A stretch of DNA of 64,000 nucleotides from Marsupella aquatica (taxonomy: Eukaryota; Plantae; Marchantiophyta). The notes beneath the pieces were generated by a model that saw only the letters and a list, made by a program, of their open reading frames with translations, had not been told where the DNA came from and made no database searches. The stretch is taken from NCBI GenBank assembly GCA_973895155.1, contig OZ316894.1, positions 18,700,805 through 18,764,804 on the forward strand. The letters run 5' to 3'. Made by a program: the position numbers and the translations under genes. Of this stretch, positions 15,190-27,320 are shown in pieces. How positions within the stretch are numbered: position 1 is the stretch's first letter; every line of letters starts with the position of its first letter.

Positions 15190-17077
15190 CACATATTGTG
15201 TCAATCATATAATCTGTAATGTTTGTTGCAAGGATCTTAAGGCCCATAATCTACCATCTGACAAATTAGGTAGCCCTAATTCATTTTGTACATAGTCCTC
15301 CAAGTCCAATGAAGCGTCCATACTATTTTGACACTCTATAGAAAGAAGAAGATGCATTCACAATTTGTCTTTTGCAGTTGTGACTGTCACTTGGTTCCTT
15401 TCATATGCAATATCCCGAATGTATTGTAGATTCTGCAAAAGAAATAAAACATGAATAAGGGCATATAAACAAAAGTATTTCTTACATCATCATTTCATAA
15501 TTCACATGAACATTAATCATAATACAAAACAATGCTTACTTCATCATTCAAATTGTTTATGCGATCTTCAAAGTTTCCACGATCATTGTTGTGATTCCAA
15601 TAATCAATTCCCATTGGATCGATGATGTCATCTTCTTGTTCGATATCCACCTGAGCTTCTTCGGCATAAGGTGGAGGCTGAATAATTCTAGCTTCTCTTT
15701 CTCGTGATTGAAATGCAAGTTCTGGAATATGTGATGGTCTCAACATACCTCCAGTCCGCACAACTCTCACAGTATATGCATTCCATGTTAAAACCACATC
15801 ATTTACAGCCTCTTGCAGTAAAGGAAGAATCACAGTAACCATACAATATCTATGAAGTGGAATATCAATTTGTAAAAATCCTTCCACACATAATAAGTCA
15901 TATAAAGTCTTCTTGAAGTGATTAGTTCCTTTTTGTTTCATGTAGTTCCAAAATGCCTCAATTCTCTGCCAAAACATATGATAGGATACAAATATAAGTA
16001 CCTGCACAAAATTGATTTCAAATTTCCAAGCTGCAATCGATGACATGAAATATGAAATGAACCACTCTATATGTTCTTGTTAATCAGAAATATTACCTGA
16101 TTATGAACATAAGACCCCTGCGAAAACAATTTGTATTTGGTCTTGCTCTTTCAAGGTTTCTTCTTACCAAAACATGCTCTGTTGCATAATCAGAACGAAT
16201 CATCAATGGATGACCAAATCTAAGTATGGTTGTCTTATATCCCACATATAGAGTCTAAGCTTTCTTGTTCAATGCCACATGCATCCATGGAACAAAGTGT
16301 GTAGCCCCATCAATTGCACCATGAATTCTGAATCCCCATTGCGTCAATTTATCATATGCTGCATTCAATTTCCAAACAATCTATTAGTATTGAGGATCTA
16401 TTCTAAAGTTAACTTCAATATAAAAGCAGGAAAAATTTAGAAGAGACATAGATGTTCTACTTACAATCCATATGCCACAGATGCATTGGCTCAATTACAT
16501 CATAAAATCTCCTTATGATGCATCTTCGTGCCCTTCCTTCAAGTACACCAGGAAGTAATGTGTCCAAAGCATTTCTGACAAGTGCTAGTGAGATTTTATA
16601 ACCAGCCTTTTTTAAACTTGCTCTAACAAAACATATTCCCCAATCTTCAGCATATCCATGGATTGGTATAATCTCGGTAATAAGAGAGCAAACATCTTCT
16701 AAAGTATATCGGGGATATATTCTATGCTCAATATCAAAGTTTTTGAGGCATTTCCATAGAGTCACTTTATGTACGCCAAGTGCATCTGCACATTCATTCA
16801 TAGTGTACCCTAGGTTGAGAGCTCTTTTTACATCTGTATACTGTTGAAAATTTGGATCATTCATATTGATTGTCCAGCGTGGGTTGAGTATAGATTATAC
16901 TCCACAGTTTTATCAACTAACAACTTTAACACCTGCAACCATATACAAATACAAATAACAGTAGTCACTCAATTTTTGTTTTCTACAGCAATGGACTATT
17001 GCTCTTGTAAGCTTGGCCCCAACACTGCCTGTTCATAAATAATTGTTGATGATTCCCAATTTGGAAGCAGATGACAT
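15190..17077 (-). pseudogene. DDE integrase-core transposase (IS3EU type) with N-terminal HTH, spliced and inactivated
   Basis: Exons read ..CADALGVHKVTLWKCL..RRFYDVIEPMHLWHMD|SYDKLTQWGFRIHGAIDGATHF..HPLMIRSDYATEH..GSYVHNQ|RIEAFW..LPLLQEAVNDVVLTWNAYTVR..P. Catalytic D, D and E are present. There is an in-frame TAG at 16255-16257, a frameshift at ~16120 and further stops near both ends. Outer limits are approximate. Confidence 0.88.
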
Positions 17078-17257
17078 TTTCAAAATTTTCATTGACTTTC
17101 TTGAACCTATTAAAAGATCACAAGTCATATTACAGCCACAAGGGATATATAACCATTATAATCAAATTCACCATAATAATAAATTTAAAAATAGACCAAA
17201 AGAAAACCCGTGTAGCTAATCTCAGTGTATCATAAAATTTATTTAATTACTTTCACC

Positions 17258-19438
17258 TTAAAACTCATAAGCATTGCCAAGTTTTTGGTTTACGGCAATT
17301 CCAACTACATATACTGGTTTCATTGGTGGACTTCTATACGATGTAGCATGAGGATCTTGACCCCGAACAAAAAATAAATCTCCATCTAAAATTGAAATTT
17401 TTAATTCCATATTTTAGCATCACTAAATCTCCACCTCTACTTTCATTCGATGGATTACATGCCATGAACATTGTAAACTCTCTTTCATCTACATCTATAT
17501 GAACTTCATTGCAATAGTCCTTTGTGATGAATAAAGGATATGCAGGAATGGCTTTTATCATGAGTTCAGGCTTTGAAAAACAAGCCAAAAGCTCACTGCT
17601 AAGTTCCATCATTGGAGGCATAATCTCAATAAAACTCTCCACCACTGGCCAAAAGTGTTCACAGAAAAGAACAAAAAGAATTTCAAACAGTAATCGATGT
17701 GCACATTGCTCATAGAGCAATTCTAATTGAACCATAGTAGGATCCTGTGTTTGTGATATCTTCAACTTATTACGGTAGAAGCTCACAAAATGATTACCTT
17801 TCCCTTCTCGCCACTTCACTAATGGGCCAATTGCCCTCATGACATTTTTCAATGCAGATCGTGTATCTGACCTCTTCACTGTATATTTATCATTCCATAT
17901 TTCTTCCACAAACAACTGAACAAAAGATCTATCTTTCTCTAGAACACCTCCTTTCATCCGACCTCCAATGATTTCATCACCATCCATCCAAATCTCCACT
18001 CTTGATGAAATATCATCTTGTAGAAAGGCTTGATCATCGGTCTCCAAACTATAATTTGATTTGCCCAAGGTGTTTCCAAATCTTCCTCAATCAAATAGCT
18101 GGAGGAAAATTTACCAACAAAATTGGAAGATTTCTTGGTGAAATTTGTAAACTTTATACGGGATTTTCCAAATTTCTAGTAATAAATGATCTTTCTTACT
18201 TTTAAGATACATGTCTAGATCAGTTCGGAACTTCTATATACGATCTAATAAGCCTCTCCCAACAGATGATAGATTGTAACGATTCATTATCATATGAATG
18301 ATGCTACTCCATTCTTTTTCATCAAACCAAGCAATCCAACTTCCATCTCTTCTTAAACTGTGAAAACTATCAAAAAAGGTTGACTGATTTCCTTTTAGGT
18401 TTCCCTCGGATAATATCTGTACACCATATTCAAAAAGATAGTATTCGCCCAACAACCACTTACATAGAATTTTTGTATGAAAATGACCTGCTTTCCCGCC
18501 AGCTTTTTGAGCAAGCTTGGTGATTTCACAGAAATAAAGAGATGCTGCAGAGAACCTCTCGGAAGATACCTTCACTATTTTTTTGCCCTATAAAAGAAAA
18601 AAGAGTTTCATCTTAAATTTGCAGTAAAAATAACAAATATAAACCTACGATGAGTATCAAATATGCTAAACATTTTGGACACAAAACACAGCCATAGAAT
18701 ATAGACTGTATCGGCCACCGAATAATGAGGTTTCTTCCACTATACGGGAAGTCACGCCCCCCCCCCCATAGGTCAACTATCAATATATTCACCTGACAAT
18801 GAATTGGACTCACAAAATGTGTACTGGTTTCAAATATATTCCAAACATTTTCTGATCTCAAAGTATATTAGTAGTGAGAAAATATCTTACCTTTAGAATT
18901 GGAGTCTCACTTTTTTTCTTTTTTTTTGTCTTTCAATCCTTCCATATTGAGTAACCTGTAAAATGATTTAAATTCTCAATGATTTGTCAAACTATGTGCA
19001 ATAGAAAGACTATCACCTAGGAAAAAGCTTAAATTTAGAATGAATTCTTGTCATCCCAGTTCAAAAATTATGTTGGACGGCAAGCAGCCACATTCAAAGC
19101 TAACATTAGCCCACCATACAAAATGTGAATCGCAAAGATTTCTCCTATGGTAGTATGTAACATACCTAAAAATTGAAGATACGGTGTATCAGGTAGGGTG
19201 TCATCCAGTGCACGAACTTAGCAATGGGAGACTTGATTTTAGAGTCAACGCTGCATTTGTAAAAGCGACTTGTAATAGACAGGGCATAATGAGGTCATGG
19301 ACAAACAAACTCAAATAACACAACCTAATCCAAAGAGATAAATTCAGAAAGCCTTATTTCACTTACAAATCTTTCTCCGTTGAAGATTGTGAATAGAACA
19401 TCCACATCAACAATGGTGGTGGTCTTGTCAAACGCCAT
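17258..19438 (-). pseudogene. 2OG-Fe(II) dioxygenase, TET/JBP-like, three exons, degraded
   Basis: Exon 1 MAFDKTTTIVDVDVLFTIFNGERF|GT (ATG 19438), exon 2 VTQYGRIERQKKKKKSETPILK|GT, exon 3 from 18587. C-terminal domain reads ITKDYCNEVHIDVDEREFTMFMACNPSNESRGGDLVMLKYGIK, then after removing 1 nt in the T5 run at 17398-17402, ISILDGDLFFVRGQDPHATSYRSPPMKPVYVVGIAVNQK..* (17258). This gives an HxD...H triad in a DSBH pattern. Lesions: TAG at 18234 and frameshifts at ~18030-18170. Confidence 0.7.
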
Positions 19439-19499
19439 GGTGATCGGGAGATTGAAATCGATAGTATTGGGCCTAAGGAAACCTGTGACTCTCTCAGAT

Positions 19500-20047
19500 T
19501 TTCTAGGGCAGCATTCTCATGATGAAATGCACTCAACTTTGCCAGAAAATGACACCTAAAAAAAGCTGCAAGTTGCTCAAATTTTGTAGGGCAACATTTG
19601 CTTCACAGAATGCACTCAAACTTTGTCAGATCTTAGAAGAAAGAGTCACAATTGTGCTGGCAAAGTTTCAGGGAAAACCGAGCTCAGAATCGAAACTGAA
19701 AAAAACAAAACGATCAAGAGATACAAACTCGATAAAATTTGACCTAAAAAAAGTTGCGAGTTGCTCAAATTTTGTAGGGCAACATTTGCTTCAAAGAATC
19801 CACTCAAACTTTGCCAGATCTTAGAAGAAAGAGTCACGACTGTGTTGGCAAAGTTTCAGGGAAAACTGAGCTCAGAATCAAAACTGAAAAACAAAATGAT
19901 CAAGAGATATGAAATCGACAAAATTTGACTTATAAAAAGCTGCGAGTTGCTCAAATTTTGTAGGGCAACATTTGTTGCATGGAATGCACTCAAACTTTGC
20001 CAGATTTTGGAAGAAAGAGCCACGACTATGTTGGCAAAGTTTCAGGG
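19500..20047. repeat. ~188-bp tandem array upstream of the dioxygenase gene, interrupted by the nested insertion and resuming at ~23907-24010
   Basis: AAAAAG(C/T)TGC(A/G)AGTTGCTCAAATTTTGTAGGGCAACATTTG at ~19560, 19748 and 19935. The unit's CAGGG^AAA junction is split at 20047/23907. Confidence 0.9.
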
Positions 20048-23000
20048 TGTCGCGTCCCTAACCTGGGCCTTAAATCCAGTTTAGTGCCATGGCGCAACCT
20101 CGACCACCAGTAGGGGTGAGGGTTTGGGCAAGGAGGTGTGTAGTGGCCCCGATTAGCCCTAAGTCGGGCTAAGCCGATATACTTACTGGTATAACACTTA
20201 AGCAATTCGTACTAGTCATAGGTATCTTTTATTTTCCACCGCTGGAATCCTCCCTCAGTTAGTGACTCGGACTAACTCCCGGCTTGGGGCTTTTCAAGCC
20301 ATCGACGCGACAGAACCTTGTGACATACAATGGGTGGCAATCCCTACCATTAGTCCGCACCCGGTACGTCCCTTAAAATGGTGCCTTTGCCCAGACAAAG
20401 CATACTCACAACACCAGTTACCTGCGGAAACATTAGAGGGAAAAGACTATATTTACTCAACGAAGCATCAGTTTACATGGTTGACTCGACTTCAAAGGGG
20501 GTCAGCAGGCCCAACGGCAGTCGATGCCCAGTCTCTACGAGGCCCCGCCTCGCACTTGCCCAACAAGCTTGACTCTAGCTCTCACTCCTTGGTGCGCTCT
20601 GACCCTGCTCAGGCCAGGACTCCCCGTGCCTCACCTTTCTTCTGCTGAGATAACTAAGCCTTCTCCCCCTTCCATAGCGGAAGGGGAAGCCTAAATACTA
20701 TAGTTTGCGGAATAGAACCGGAGGATACTACCTTCCGGGATACTACCTACTGACTAACTACCTTCTGACTACTGGCCGTGCCGCACTAACTGGTTGATCG
20801 TCGACGACAAGGGTGCCGACCGGGATGGCAGCGGCCAAGCCTACTGACAAAAATCTAGTCCGTTGATGGACTCCATCCTACGTTGGCTGATCCTGACTGA
20901 TCCGGCCCTAATTCTTCCTACTACCACTAATCGGCGCCTAATGACAGCTATTCTGTCGTTACACCTAACCAAAAGATGCCGCTGACTTAACTACCTCGCG
21001 CGGCGCCTATTTCCACCCTTCGCTAACCACCCCTTACGTGTGTGTTGTGGTTGGACCAGGGCTGGTCCCCTTGTCGGGGCGAGACCTCGAGCCACCTTGA
21101 TCAAAGGTGGGCCCAGGTTTTCCCCGCTGGAGGACGAGCAGGGTAACACGGTCCTGCCAGGCCTTGTTGTCCCACACCGCCTCCTCCGCCTCGTTTGCAG
21201 CTTCATCGGCCTCGGTCTGGAGCCGCGCTACCTCCAGGTTGAGCTGGTTAATGGAGTCGCGATGGATCTGGTCCTGCGCCAGCAATTTATCCCGTTCGGC
21301 GGAGAGACTAGCCACCTGTTGTGTTGCCTACAAGAATTGTTTGTTGAGGTCGGTCAGGCTGGTAACCCAAGCCGAAGATTCTGAGCGTAATTGAAGCACG
21401 GTGTCGTCCAACTTCTTGAGATCTCCTTGCGCTCCGCTTAACTCCTGGGTTAGTCCGTCCCTCTGTTCGACGGTGTGGACTAACTCCTCGCGGCGGGTAG
21501 TGGCCTCCTCCTCGAGGTGCTCTACCAGCATCTGGAGGCGCCCGATCTCATTCCCCTTCGCCATGAGTTCTTCTTCCAAGCGGCTTATGATCCGTGGTTG
21601 GTGCTCTAATATGAAGAAGGTTGGTTGAAAGTACGCCGAGACTTGTTGTCCGATGTACGTCGCCAGCTCCCTAGAGATAGTCTGGCTAAACTTCTGGACC
21701 AGGTCGTAGGCCATGGTCCCCGGGGGCTACTTGGTAGTCCTCCATCCTCTCGGGTACCAGTGGTTCCTCGGGCGGGGCAACGAGCTCCTCCGTAGTCTGT
21801 GCTGGGGAGGGGAAGGTTTCTTTAGGTGGTGGAGGGATTGGGGGTGGTTATACTGCGGGCAGCGGAGGCTCGACGGAAGGGGGCGGCAGAATTTCCACAG
21901 GAGGAGGTGGCAAAGTATTAGTCTGGGCTTCCGGCTCAGGGTTTGCCCGAGGGACGGTAGTCCGCGCGCTCGGGGTTGCCTCCTCTGGGTGGGGGTGACA
22001 TTAGTCGGGGCTGAGGTGGCCATATTCTTTCCTCTGGTCTCCCGCCGTGCCTTGTAGTAGGCAAGGATAATGGCGATATGACTTCCCAAGTAAGTCTTCC
22101 CCCCAATAGCCACACCACACTGAGCCCGCTTCAGCTCCCCCGAGAATCTTCGGTAGAAGAATTAATTGGGCCCAGTTCCGCCGTTTGTACTGTTCCACCT
22201 GCACGATCGTGCAGAGGGAAATCTCGGATCGTGGCTCAATCATGTGTAGGGTAATCCGTATGAAGTTAAGACGCTCCATGCAGATTAAGTTGGTGCACGA
22301 CCCCTGCTTGTATCCGTTGTCCGTCTTACCCTCGGGTTTGAAGTGCCGCGGTGTATACTCCTTATCCCGAATTCGGAGTTCAACCGACACTGGCCCGGTT
22401 GGCAGGCAGAAGATTTGCGTTAACCGATGCTCCGTGAGTGATAAGGCCTGCCCCAAAACCTTGGTGGTCGATGCGTCAATGTCAAAATTGGAGATGAACT
22501 CACAAATCTCCTTCGGCCCGGCGGCGCACGGCCTCCATAGCAAGTGAGCGAACTGCTCCAACTGATGCTCCTTGAGATAGTTCGCGTGTTCGAGTTTCTT
22601 GATCGCGATCCAGACTACTTTGGGGGCGCGGATTACCTGTAATAAGTTGGACTTCGGGTTATTCGGGGGCCGTCGGGTCTGGTTGGCCGGGGGGTTTGCC
22701 GGGGCAGGTGCAGGCACGGCGTTGGTTTGCGTTGTTGATTCAGGGGCCATCGTCGTCCTTGGTCGCTTACGAGAACGTTGTTTGAGTTGCGGACTAACTC
22801 GCTCGGAACCCGAAGAACACTTTGTGTTGATCACTGGACGGACTTGGGACCGGTTCGGCGGTACGCCGGTGGTCATCGGCTCAGGCACTGGTGGTATCGG
22901 GGTAGCCATATCCCAGTTGAAGGCATTGGAGCTTTCCCCGAGGAACGTAAGATTACGCGCCGCTTCCCGTTGTCTGCTGATGTCTTCTTGACACTTTTCG

Positions 23001-23906
23001 GACGTGATCTGCTGGTCTAGGTACCCCGGAATCTTGTCAAACTCCGCTTGAGTAAGCCGTTGGCTGCCCTTCAGCTTAAAAAACTTTGCTGGGACTTCAT
23101 GAATCGCCTCTGCTACCGATCTAAGCCCTTCCTCGCTGAGATATAGTTCGGTGATGTAGTCTCACAACTCGTTGTAGCTGGAATCCCTGGTGATGGCTGT
23201 CCTTTCGCAATTAACCAGTGCTACCTTGGTCACCAGCTTCGCGTATCTTCGTTCGTAAGTGGCTTTCTCGGGACAAGAGTACCAGTAAGTCTCGGAGAAC
23301 TTAGCACCTTCCTCGCCAAACAAGGTCCAGAATCCCAAGGCTGTAAGGGTCATACTAACCTCGTAGTCCGGTTCGTTGAGTCCACGTTCCCACCCGGCTG
23401 GTCCTTTTGCTCGTGGAGGCCTCGCTCGTCCTGACTAAATCTTGCCACATTCCGCTCTTATCCCTCGATAATCTCCTTGTAAAGGTCGACTTGATTCGAT
23501 CAGAAAGGTGAGTGGATGGCAACGTCCGCAAATTCCAAAAAGGTGGAAATGAGCAAATGGCCCGCAGCGCCATCGGCTCCTCTCTTATGGAGGTGCCAGG
23601 GTGAGCCCGAGCGTGAGAAGGCCAGGCCATTTTGGTCATTGATAATGAGCTGAAGTCGGCGCCTCGGTCCAAGCATGATTCTTCTAACTGATTTTTACTC
23701 CGCTGCCGCCACCGTACCTCGGTCGTGCGTAATAATCCTCTTCCTGAACTCGTAATCATTCGGTCATCTTAACCTACTCCTAATCTATTCATAATGGCAA
23801 TAGACGACTATACGTGCTATTCTACGCTACGGCTACGGTCCTAACGTCCGTATAAGACCTAATCTACGACCTGGGTTCAGTTAAGTGACACGTTACCCGT
23901 GTCACA
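20048..23906. mobile_element. Solo-LTR-like insertion 1 (3859 bp, TG...CA, 5-bp TSD) carrying a long ORF
   Basis: Begins TGTCGCG and ends GTCACA. CAGGG is duplicated at 20043-20047 and 23907-23911. GC-rich against AT-rich flanks. No internal terminal direct repeat and no RT/integrase motifs seen. Confidence 0.85.
20991..23759 (-). pseudogene. Degraded long ORF of insertion 1: plant-transposon-protein-like domain plus coiled coil
   Basis: ORF pieces 23355-23759, 23162-23353 (reads through TGA in frame into 22001-22909), 21328-21714 and 21034-21315. Contains EFISNFDIDASTTKVLGQALSLTEHRLTQIFCLPTG and a C-terminal coiled coil. Homologous to 37747-41397. Confidence 0.7.
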
Positions 23907-26900
23907 CAGGGAAAGCTTAGAATCAAAATTTGACTTAAGAAACACTACGACTCCTAAATTTTATACGACTACATGTGCATTGATAAAATTGACTAAAAAT
24001 TTCCAAGATTATTGAGCAAATAATGCCAACTCTTCTGGAAAATATTCAAGAACAACTGACCTTAGCATCCATATTGAAAAATATGGAGCATGGATCATTA
24101 AAATCCAGTAAACCATAAAAAACCAAACACAATATTGAAGGCAAAAAATAGACTTTAGAAGTATGTAGTAAAGTCATGTTTAGTTGGCATTATGGAATAT
24201 GACCAAAAAATGAGAGCTTTAGCTTGCATTTGGAGGGGTTGTTTCCCTAATGGTTTGGCAAATAAAACCTTATTATATTGAAAGGCTTGAGAGATTTTAT
24301 TTTTTCTTGATTTAGTGAAAGTAATGGACAATCTTACTCAAGAGGTGATCCGGATCTTGTGGTGGGCATTATGCTCCAAGAATGTCCTGAAAAATACAAA
24401 TGGAAAACTTGCAAAGGGCATTAAGAAAGGAATATTTTGGATGGATCTTACCTTGAATCAAAAGCACGTGAACTGTGATTAGATAGAGAAGACTCCACTA
24501 AAGACATGCATAAATTCTGAATAAACGAGCGACCATGAAATAATTCTAGACTTTCCTTTTGAGCCCTGGTACACTATCTAGCTTTAGGATGTTACATGGC
24601 TGATAGATTAATTAGCTCTGGTGAAAAAACAATGAAACTGCCCCCAAGGCCTTGTACCCTAACATAGTGAGCAATACATTCATTGAGAAAGACAAGTTTG
24701 AAATACAAAAGGAGGGAAGAAGTTGAAGGAGGAAGAATAGTGCTTGGAGGAATTCTCAAGTTGTAACTTTGTTATGCATGTGGACCTAGAAAAGCGATGG
24801 ATATAACACTAAATGTTGTGATTAGATATAGTGTTGGTATACAAATAATTCAAACACTATTTCACAAGTGTACATGAAAAAATGTGTAGTCTAAATTAGA
24901 TTGCATGAAATGGGTGTAAGGTATACTGATGTCTTGCAACTAAAGTCTACTTCTGCTATTTATATGACTTCCTTAGGACTCACCTACCATGGTCACATGA
25001 GTGACTTTTTGACTAGTCACTAACATTTACATGATTCAGTTTTTGACTAGTCACTATCATGTCTTTATGTAATCTATAAAAATCTTGGGATTAAATCTCT
25101 TGTAATTAGCATGACACCTATAGGCCACTAACAACTGAAGTATTTCCAGGTCACTTATAATTCAAAAATAGATATTTCTCTTAGTGTCATTTTAGCCAAT
25201 GGTTCCCCATTGCTTCCTTGCTTCCCAGCTTGCATGTTTTACTAGTTAATCCATTATAATATTTCCAAGGGCAACTACACTCTTTACAGTATGTAGTCTC
25301 ACAGACTCTAATTACTGTGAGGTTATATTTGAGGTAAGTGATGGTAATTAGGGTGTGTGACACTAATATAGTATGACACTAATTGTGGTCACAAGTCAAA
25401 TAGTGTCACACATACTTAAAGTTTTAAAAAAAGAATGGACAATAGGTAAAATTTGCTTATAAAAAAGCTTAAAATGTGCACAATATTTGATTACAATTTA
25501 CAAAACTTACTACTCATTCAAGCATTGAGAAAACTTAAGAAACTTATAACTCCTTTCATATACTACTCAAATATTGAGCAAACTTCAGAAATTTATAACT
25601 CCTCCTCACATTTGCAGTTTGGGGTACTCTTGAAACACATTGAGCAAACAAGATCTCTTTGATTCACTTTAATCAACTATGAATAGTAGATGTTGTCTCA
25701 CATAAGCTACAAACTAACATTTTTTTCACTCTCCTACAATCTGTCCCATGTGTCTCATCCTTGCAAGACATTGTACAGCCCCAAGAGAAGAGGGTTGAGC
25801 TGGCTCTTCACCTGGGTCACCAATATCAGGAGCCACTTCAACAGTAGCATCAATGTCAAGGCCAACTTGATTCCTTTAAAACTTCACTCGATATTTCATT
25901 ATGATATTCTGAAGCTCAGGTGTAAGTTGATTTTCAGACTATAAACCATTGACATTTAGAGACAAAGTGGTATTTATCATTGAATTTTGTGCATAAGACA
26001 TGTCATGTCTGTCAACAGAACTGTTCACCTCAGCTACAAAGTCCCTTGCCAATGTCAAAAATCAATGTTTGCCTTCATGTTTGCCTGGATTTATCAATTT
26101 CCCAGATGTGCCCTGTGTCCCAATCCATCTATTAGTAGGAGGAATTGCCAAATAATATAAGTAGCAGGATTTGTTTGTAACTTGCAGGAGTGATTTAATA
26201 TTCCTACTAAATTCACCAAAAACTGGCTTGGGTGAGGGGGCAAATTGCCAGATCTAAGAGTATAAGGGTAGCCATTAGCTTTGTCATGTTATCTCAAGTC
26301 ATCAAGCCATTCCCTTTGTCATCTCAAGCTATCTAAAACGTACCATCTACAACTTACTGCGGTTACCAGTGCTTGGAAACCCAACAGTTTGTTTTTACTT
26401 TATCAAATATTTATTACAAAACTTTGGAAACCCAACAATTTGTTACTTCACCAAATACTTATTACAAAATCTTGGAAGCCCAACAGTTTGTTTCTACTTC
26501 CTCTAGCAGTGTTTATTTAAAAATCTTTTAAAATTAGAAAAAATCTAACATTTAATGCAAAACACTGATATATCAATTCTAGTTATTGCCTTGTTTACTA
26601 TCAAACTTTCTATTGGAATTTGGCACCAAAAAATATGTATCATTTGTGCACATGAACCAATCATATTCTTCACACTAGTTTTTCCAACCTTCACCTCGGG
26701 AATAAGTTACGATGCCCACTCTTCACCATTGACAAGTCAAATCCAACAAACATAATTGTTTGGTGACATGTAAAGTTCTTAAGGTTTTATAATTGAGGAC
26801 CTTAATAATCGACACAATTTTAAAATACTTATTTCTTTCATGCATGTCTCTAACTTTGAATAGTTTGGAGTGTACTACTAGCTACAATACTATAGTTTAC

Positions 26901-27320
26901 AATAGTTCAATCATCTTACATGCGTTACATGCGTAGCAGTGTCTTTCTAAAGAAAATAAGAAATGCGGTAACCCGCTTTTGGCAATTATGTATCCGAGGG
27001 CTAAAAAGAGCTGCTAAAAAGAGCTGTGGTAGCTAGTCTTCATTATGATGAGATGATTGTTAACAAATATGATATGTACTGGAAGTTAATGTGATACTAA
27101 TGTTCACCAAATTCTTGAAATGGCGGCTGTACTCTAACAACATCTATTACTTTCTGCTCATAATATAAGATAATTTGTACTACTCGGTGATATCTACCTT
27201 TGATCGAGCTTGACACTTTGCACTCTGTTCGCAAAAGTAGTAATGAACTAGAGCAGAGCCTCAGGTTCTTGGCCATTTGGATCTTGGGTTTCAATCTTGC
27301 GTTGAATTCAGAATTGCAAT

